Position numbers and translations under genes: made by a program. A stretch of DNA of 64,000 nt from Balamuthia mandrillaris (lineage: Eukaryota), in contig JAVKOQ020000077.1 of the NCBI GenBank assembly GCA_031835245.2, positions 62,001 through 126,000 on the forward strand. The letters are read 5' to 3'. Positions within the stretch are counted from its first letter, which is position 1; every line of letters begins with the position of its first letter. The notes below the pieces were generated by a model, which worked only from the letters and a program-made list of their open reading frames with translations, ran no database searches and was not told where the DNA came from. Positions 56,751 to 64,000 of the stretch are shown one piece after another.

Positions 56751-57229
56751 AACGACAAGAAACGACAAGAAAGAAAGAAACGACAAGAAAGAAAGAAAGA
56801 AACGACAAGAAAGAAACGACAAGAAACGACAAGAAAGAGAGATGAAGTACCGTTACGTTTTGTGTGGCGGGTGTGTAGTTGCGAAGGCGCTTCGAGTTTT
56901 TCCCTTTCTTTAAAAACAAAAACCCAAAAATAAAGAATAGACCAGAAAAGAAAAGAAAAAGCGAAAGAAGGATGAGAAACGGTAATGGCGGCGGAAACTT
57001 TGCTCTTTATGTGTCGATTTTTTCAAACGATTTTTTTGAGTTTATATCCAAAAATGCGTAAATTTTAAGGCACCTTAGAAAGTTTATCGAAATTCGAAGA
57101 AAATAATTTCCAAAAAGGAATTCGATTGATTGTTGATTGGTCCGGAGTTTTAAACTCCCTATTTCCCACCGTTTTTCTACCAAATTTCGAGCCTTTAATT
57201 AAAAAATCGCTTTCGTGGCGTTGTAACAG

Positions 57230-59194
57230 CTAAAACGTTTCCAACACACGGAAATGGTTGAGCATGGACCGCCGCTCGTTCTCAAAGTGGTTGTGCAGGC
57301 GAAGCCACGGGGGCAGCCACTCGGCCGTCCACTCTTCGCTGGCTTTCTTCTTGTCCCATTTGGGCGCGAATCTCGGTGCTTCCTCTTCATCGGCGTCGTT
57401 TGCCTCTTTGCTCCCGCAATGCGAAAGGGAAGCGGAGCACAAACGAGAGATGAAGTGGTCGTACTCGCTTCTTATGAACGTTCGACGCGGGTCGTTCAAT
57501 TGTCTCGGCGTACTATGCACGCTCCATCTCAACTTCGCTTTGCTCTCGTGTTCTTCTCTTCCTTCCTTTCTTTCTTCTCCTTCTGTTCCTTCTTCTCCCT
57601 TCTTCACTTCTTTCAATGCTGTTCTGGTTGCTCTTTGGCTCCACCTTTCTTTCAAGTACGTTGCCAGAAAGTCAATGACTACATCATTCGTTGGAAAGCG
57701 ATGACAATCCAACCAATGCATTTCCTCTACTCTCTCCATAAACTCCACAACGGTATCTCGATGAGTGAACAACAACGAGTCTCTGTATTGCGTTTTCGTT
57801 CGTGCTATGCGTTGTGATGGTTCCAACCAAGTAGGTAATGCATTGCCGGCTTCTTCGGATTCCCAATCCAACAAAAGAGAAGAAGGAGAACATAGAGAGA
57901 GAAGAGGCGTGGAAGTACGAGAAGAGGAGGAGGCAGAAGAAGAATGGCAAGAGTGATTGGAGAATAAACAAGTAGAGGAGAACTCAGCTAAAATGTGGTT
58001 TAAAACGAGTCCACCTTTGTATTTGAGCAGAGATAAAAAGCATAAGAACAAGCAAGAAATGAAGGAAAGAAAAGATAGAAGCAAGAACCTTTGCTGAATG
58101 CCACAAGCGTGAGAGGTAACTCTCTAAAACGAGTATCAGCTACAAACCAATAAGCAAGAAGAAAAGGGTTAATATAAGAACAGAAGAAGAAAAGAAGAAG
58201 AAGAAGAACAAGAACAAGAAGAAGAAGAAGAAGAAGAAGAAGAAGAACAAGAAGAAGAAGAAGAAGAAGAAGAAGAAGAAGAAGAAGAACAAGAACAAGA
58301 ACAAGAACAAGAAGAAGAAGAAGAAGAACAAGAGAAGAACAAGAACAAGAACAAGAACAAGAACAAGAAGAAATAAAAGAAAGAAAGATACTTTGAGCAA
58401 AGGCATCTTCAAGGAGAGCGTTAAGATGGGGAATACCACGTCCTGGAAATAACAAATGGTCATACTCGCTGCTTAACTGCGACATCCTTGCTGGCCTTTT
58501 TTTTAATAAAATGTTGTTCGTATTCATGAAAGAAGAAAAAAGACGTTGAGAAGCAAGAGAAGCGAGAAGAGAGAAGAGAGAGAAGAGAGAAAGAGAAAGA
58601 GAAAGAGAGAAAGAGAGAAGAGAGAAGAGTGAGAAAAGAGAGAGAAAGAGAGAGCGACAGAACCAGAGCAGAGAAGAAAAGAAGAGACCAGAGAAGAGAG
58701 AGAGAGAGGAGAGCGAGAGAGAGAGAGAGAGAGAGAGAGAGGAGTGAGAAACCGTATAATCCAAACGTTGGCATCATGCCACCGCCGAGCAAGCAGCTCC
58801 GCCGTGCGCTCCAACGAGAACGCAAGGTATTCCTCCTGCCCTTCCCTTTTGTCATCATTATCATCACTCTACTCCTCGTTATGTGCCCCACTCAAAAAAT
58901 TTAAAAAAAATGTACCTTTTCATGTCTTCTTCCGTGCTCTGTACATCTCCCTTTATATTTTTTTGATTTTAAAAAAATAAAATAAATATAAAAATAAAAT
59001 AAAAGATGAGAAGAGCACAAAATCCCGTAACGAACCGGAAAGTAAATCACATTTCGGGAAGGGAATGTGTTGAGCTGCTCTTCGTCGTGGTGAGAACTAC
59101 GATTGTTGCGCAACAAAGCGAGGACGTGGTTGCGCTTCTGATGCACGCCGTTACACACCAAAGAGGTGAGCGGCGAGCGGATCGTTTGTTTCAT
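57230..59194 (-). CDS. C2orf69/UPF0565-like alpha/beta-hydrolase protein
   Basis: NVIYFP, RPARM..SEYD, LTLVAFSK|GGLVLN, EMHWLD, VHSTPRQLND..I..E, SMLNHFRVLETF*. Confidence 0.8.
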
Positions 59195-59304
59195 CTCTTT
59201 CTTCTATCTTTTTGAAAAGATCATTTTATGATTTTCTATTGGATAAGATCATGATCAGGATAGAATCTTTGAATTTTCATTGGTGGAAAGTCGACAAAAA
59301 TAGG

Positions 59305-60819
59305 ATGGAAGAAGAAAAGATGAACGTGGAAAGAAACGATGAGCCGCTTTTGTTGTGGCGACGAACGGTGAAGCATTTACGAACCATGCTTTCACTCGCT
59401 CACAAACACAGAGAACGCCTTTCGGTATATTCTTTTTTTTTTTCAATTCTTCTTTTTTTTTTTACTCATTTCAACACCAAAAAAAATAATAATGATAGGA
59501 GAGAGAAGAAGAGACGATTGCTGCAGAGGTGATGGTTAGAGCGGTGCCAGGAGCAGGCAGAGGGCTGTTTGCTGGACGCAACTTTCGCAAAGGCGAGCTG
59601 GTCTTCCAGGAAGAGCCTCTCGTTTCGGCCTCGCTCCTGTCCGAAAGCTGCTGCGACTGCTGCCTCGCCTATCTTTCCAAGACCACCAATGTACCATCGA
59701 AAGCAGAAGAAAGAGAAGGAGGAAGAGACGAAGGAGAAGAAGAAGCACGGTGTATAGTTTGTCAAAGGAAAGAGTATTGCGGGGAAGACTGCAAAGCAAG
59801 TGCTCACCGAAAGTATCATCACTGGCCAGAGAATGAAATGGCGATGCTGTTGGAAGAGTATCCTCGTCTTCAGCGTCATCTTCGCATGCATGGTTGTTAA
59901 CTTCTCTTCTCTTCTCTTCTTATCTTCGTGTGCTCTTCATCGTTCTCATCTGTCTTCTTGTTTTCCATTCTCCTCTGAATTCGTTTCATCGTTTTGTTTG
60001 ACACATGTGATCACGCAAGGAGAGGGAGCTGTTTGTAAGAACCTTCTTTTGTGGCTTCGTTGCTTTCTTGCCTGTGAACACACCAGCCTTTCTTCTTCTG
60101 CTTCTGCTTCTTCTTCTTGTTCTTCTTGTTCTTCTTCTTCACCTTCTTCTGCTTTTTCTTCTTGTTCTTGTTCTCCTCCTCCTCCATTTGGGAGAAGAAC
60201 TTTACTTCATCAACTGGTGGAAGGTCTAAGCGGCGTTTGCAGCTGCTTCGAACGAGATTCATTTCTCAACGTTGAAGAAGAGGAAACAGAGAGAGAGGAA
60301 AACACACGACTTGAACAATTCATTCAACGCCACCACTTATTTCCTCTCTTCACCGACTTTACCAATCTTCTGCTTCCTCCTCTTTCCTCTTTCTTGCTTT
60401 CCATCAAACAACAGCAAAACGAAGCCGAAGAAACAAAAAGTTGGCTCTTTGCATCGTTTCTCTTTCTTCACTCCGTGTTACAGTGCAACGCATTCGGACT
60501 TTGCCATCACGACAAAAAAGACATCGACATTCGAGGCGGCTCTTCTGTGGCTCTCTTTCTTCAGAGCAGTCTCTTCAATCACAGTTGTCAACCGAACATC
60601 AAGTTTCAACAAGAAACGAAGGAGGCGAAAGAGGAGCAAGGAGCAAGCTTAACTCACCGCCTGCAATTCCTTGCGAAAAGAGATGTAAGAAAAGGAGAAG
60701 AGCTTTGCATAAGTTACATTCCAGCCGTGAAACATGTGGAAGCGGAGTTGAGGAGAGACTACCTGAACCATTCTTATGGCTTTCTTTGTGAATGCCCTCT
60801 TTGTGCCGAACAACTTTAG
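59305..60819 (+). CDS. SMYD-type SET/MYND lysine methyltransferase (3 exons)
   Basis: GAGRGLFA..KGELVFQEEP; MYND CDCC..CIVC..YCGEDC; NAF; SLFNHSCQPN; GEELCISY; YGFLCECPLC. Confidence 0.92.
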
Positions 60820-60890
60820 CAGCACCAACAACAACGACTACGACTACAATGACAACAACAACGGAGCGTTTAAAAAGAGGAGATATTATT

Positions 60891-61223
60891 TTAGAAAGAA
60901 AAGAAAGGGGTCACTCTCGAAGCGGAGGAGCCATCTGCACCGGAACAAGCGGAGGGAGAGTTGACACAAACGCTCTCACAGCCAAACTGAAAGCTTCCGT
61001 AGGGGCAGCTTCCGAGACAGCGGAGGATCTGGCTGTAACACTGGCACTGAGCGTCGATGCCTTGGCCGACGGCCGCTTGGACACAGGCGTCCAGCTCGGT
61101 GCCACACTCGGAGGTGAGGGCTATACAGTCTTGTCGCGGCACCATAGCAGCAGCAGAGGCGGAGGAAGCAGCACAGGCGAACAGGAAGAAGAGCACGAAG
61201 AAGAAACGCAGGGCAGTTTTCAT
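60891..61223 (-). CDS. Small secreted Cys-rich protein, possibly GPI-anchored
   Basis: Signal peptide, 10 Cys in the mature part, Ser/Gly linker and hydrophobic tail. Confidence 0.65.
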   Translation of the reverse strand: MKTALRFFFVLFFLFACAASSASAAAMVPRQDCIALTSECGTELDACVQAAVGQGIDAQCQCYSQILRCLGSCPYGSFQFGCESVCVNSPSACSGADGSSASRVTPFFSF

Positions 61224-61330
61224 TTTGAGTTCTGTGTTTGTGTTCTGTTTTGCTTGTGTGGAGGAAGAAGAGGAGCGAACGGGGGTAGACCAGAAGAAAG
61301 TTTGTGTAATGGCTCGTCATGAAGCTATTG

Positions 61331-61440
61331 CACATTCCGAAGGCCCATTGGCGGAGCTTTTATTGCTGATCTAATGATGGTAAGCGATTACACATTCCGA
61401 AGGCCCATTGGTAGAGCTTTTATTACTAATATAAGGTAAG
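61331..61440. repeat. Two-copy 60-bp-period direct repeat
   Basis: cacattccgaaggcccattgg(cg/ta)gagcttttatt(g/a)ct at 61331 and 61391. Confidence 0.9.
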
Positions 61441-61702
61441 CACTTTATAATTCATTGTTGGCCCACCTGAACTGCTGATAATATCTGCATATTATTATTG
61501 TTTATTTTCTTCCTTCTCTCTTCTCTCTTCTCTCTTCCCTCTTCTCTCTTCCCTCTTCTCTCTTCTCTCTCTTCTCTTCTCTTCTCTCTTCCCTCTTCTC
61601 TCGTTCATTGGTTGCTCTCTTCTCTCTTCCCTCTCTTCTCTCTTCTCTCTTCCCTCTTCTCTCGTTCATTGGTTGAACAAACGTAACGTTTATTTTGAAC
61701 AC

Positions 61703-62072
61703 TCACAGAAGCCATGCAGGTCGCAGCGCAGCAGCAGAGCCAGCACTTCCGCACCACGCCTGGCCGGACATGTAGCTGTTCAGGTTGATACATTCCCCTT
61801 CGTCCACGGTGATGGTTTGTGAGCTTTCGCTGAAGCAGTTAGCCGTGCCCTGATAGACCTCCAGCCTTATGTTGCCGTCCTCGCAGTAGAACCGACCCGA
61901 GGCCGAAGGAGAGCTGTCAAAGTCTTGGCATTCCCCCTCGTCGACGGTAGTCTCCACGAACTCGCAGTTGCAGCCGGTGCAACCAAACCCTCTTAGACTG
62001 ACGGCCTCGGTGGAGGAAGCCAGAAGCCACAAGGCCAACAGCGCCAGCAAGAAAGTGAAGAAGAAACGCATT
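61703..62072 (-). CDS. Small secreted Cys-rich protein, possibly GPI-anchored
   Basis: Signal MRFFFTFLLALLALWLLASSTEA; repeated TVDEGEC; tail SAGSAAALRPAWLL. Confidence 0.7.
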
Positions 62073-62396
62073 TTCAAGCTTGTTTGTTTGTTGAGCTCGC
62101 GTTACTTGTGTTGTTTGTGTTGTGTTGTGTTGTGGGGAAAAAAGAGGAAAAGAGGCGAAGAAGGCCAATGTTTAAATGCGACTTTCATGAGTTGACCGCA
62201 GCTGAAATGGAACTCTTTATGAACCTCATTTCACGTTTTGCTCCTCCTCGGTGAAAGAGTTGGTCAACCGGAAGCAGCTTCTTCCTTTTTTTGTTATTAA
62301 TCTCTCCTGAAGAGACCTCTCTTGACTCGTGTGCCCTTCTCGCCGTTTCTTCTTTCGGTTTTGTCTCTTTGAGGGGAGGGGAGGAGCTCACACAAA

Positions 62397-62438
<42 letters not shown>

Positions 62439-62572
62439 AGAGGAAGAGCAAGAAGAACAAGAAAGAACGTAATGAGAAAGAAAAAAATTGTTAATAATAA
62501 TGAAGCATGGGACAGGGATCTGTTTCGTTCAAGTTTGGTTTCGTTATGCGTCTTCTATGGCGCTTTGGGGTT

Positions 62573-64000
62573 TTAGTGACGTCCAAAAGCAAAGCCGCCA
62601 GAGCCAGGGGGGGTCAAAGAAGGGCCTCCGGGGCGTGGGGCACCTCCAAGGGATGCTCCTCCTCCGAGTCCTCCTCCCACAATACCGCTGCCGGTGTGAA
62701 CCACGCCGAGGGGGCGGCCGAGGCCAATGGGGCCAGAGCCAGGGCCAGCTGGCGGCATCATTTGCATGCCTGTTGGTATGCCAGAGAGAGGGTGACCCAT
62801 GGGCATGCCGGTGTGGATTGGAGGGGGCATGCCTGTCAGGATTGGCACCGGCATACCGGAAGCCGTCGCATAAACTGCTGGTTCTATTTTTATTTTTTCG
62901 AAGTTAGAGCGAAGCAGAGAGAGAGAGAGAGAGAGGAGAATGAGAGAGGGGCAAACGTACGGCCATCATCTTCCTTGGGCTTGGCAGTCAAAGCGTCCAA
63001 CTTGGTGCTGAACTCGCGCATGACTTGGATCATGTAGGGCATGACAAAGTCGGTAACTCCGTGTCTCCATGCCAGCTCTAACGCCACGTCGGGCCTCACA
63101 AACTCATAACAGGTGTAAAGACAGGCAGAAAAGCATTCTTTCCTGCCTTTCTCCAAAAAGTAGCTAAGGAGTCCTTCCACAACCTTATGAACATCAACAA
63201 TCACCGGAAAAAATATATATTAAATCAAAGAACAAATGAAAGAAAAGAGAGAAAAGCATGTAGGGTGTACCTGAGGATCTTGCGACTCAGCAGCGGTTGC
63301 CATGGCATCTTGGACGAGATCGTCCTCCTTGCTGAGCTCCACGGACCTGGCAAACTGTCCGTTCTTCTTGTACAAGAACGCCGCGATCCTCTTGAACTCC
63401 AACAACGTGTGCTTCTCCAACCTCTTGGCCAGCTTCACTGCATCAAAGGCATTGTGTTGGTCGATCGAATGACGAAGGGCCTCGTGATCCTCTGCCTCAA
63501 AGTATAGGTCGTGAAGGGCCTCGTTGACAGCGGCGTTGTTCTCCCCTTGCACCGACTCGAGGTAGGGTTGAACAACGGCGAGGACATTAGCGTCGCGGGC
63601 GACACGGACGACGCGGGCGTGATCGACCTTGTTGGCGATGGCCTTGAGGAGGTCATTGGTCAGGAGAGGGTGCTCAGAGAGGTAGAAGCGGATGACGCGG
63701 TAGTAGATGTCTGGGTTGGTGACTCTGGGAAGGAGGTCACGGAGGTCGGCGTGGTCCCATGCCTCCACTGGATGGGCGATCATTGTGGCTACAGCGCTGT
63801 CATACTCCTCGTAGCTAATGAAGAAAGAAAGTTAGAAATGAACAAAACCGAGATAAACAAGAGAGAGAAAGACGAGAAAGAAAGGTAACGTACTTCTTGT
63901 AGAGGAACGTGAGCTGCTTCCATTGGTGATTAGCCTGACAAATGCGAATGACCTTGGGAGTGTTAAGGCGGCTGCCAAAGATGTTGAGGTGCTCCTCCAA
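62573..64000 (-). CDS. CHC: Clathrin heavy chain, 3' part (partial at window edge)
   Basis: YEEYDSA..MIAHPVEAWDH..YYRVIRFYL..DHARVV..VNEALHDLY..LAKRLEKHTLLEFKRIAAFLY..ECFSACLYTCYEFVRPDVALELAWRH..MPYMIQ. Confidence 0.95.

Noticed and set aside
61331..61440. CRISPR-like repeat-spacer spacing
   Set aside because: Only two units, the 'spacers' resemble each other, there are no cas genes, and the context is eukaryotic.

Overview
Gene-dense, intron-rich eukaryotic DNA with GT-AG introns filled by sense-strand pyrimidine microsatellites. This style suggests a free-living amoebozoan, Balamuthia-like (inference only). About 28 protein genes were rebuilt by hand from spliced ORF pieces, so exon boundaries are approximate. 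They include MLH3, a Rab7-like GTPase, a DHHC palmitoyltransferase, a PAP2 phosphatase, mitochondrial ACP, a TEX2-like PH+SMP protein, a RING-H2 ligase, a PTC7-like PP2C, a BTB-SPRY protein, a C2orf69-like hydrolase, a SMYD-type SET protein and the 3' end of clathrin heavy chain. Highlights: (1) a 1,380-bp IS-sized PIF/Harbinger-IS5-type transposon with 67-bp TIRs and an AAC target duplication, 22 bp upstream of an F-box gene; (2) two F-box genes fused to apparently dead enzymes, a CaaX-ending pseudo-Rho and a pseudo-2OG-Fe(II) oxygenase; (3) prokaryote-like genes, namely a non-canonical transketolase-like enzyme, an archaeal-type archaemetzincin frameshifted inside its Zn motif, and a secreted SnoaL-like protein; (4) a recurrent GTCGACA motif upstream of gene starts; (5) a dispersed degenerate 9-bp-period repeat; (6) a speculative SYCE2-like gene near MLH3. 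No rRNA, tRNA or CRISPR array was recognised.
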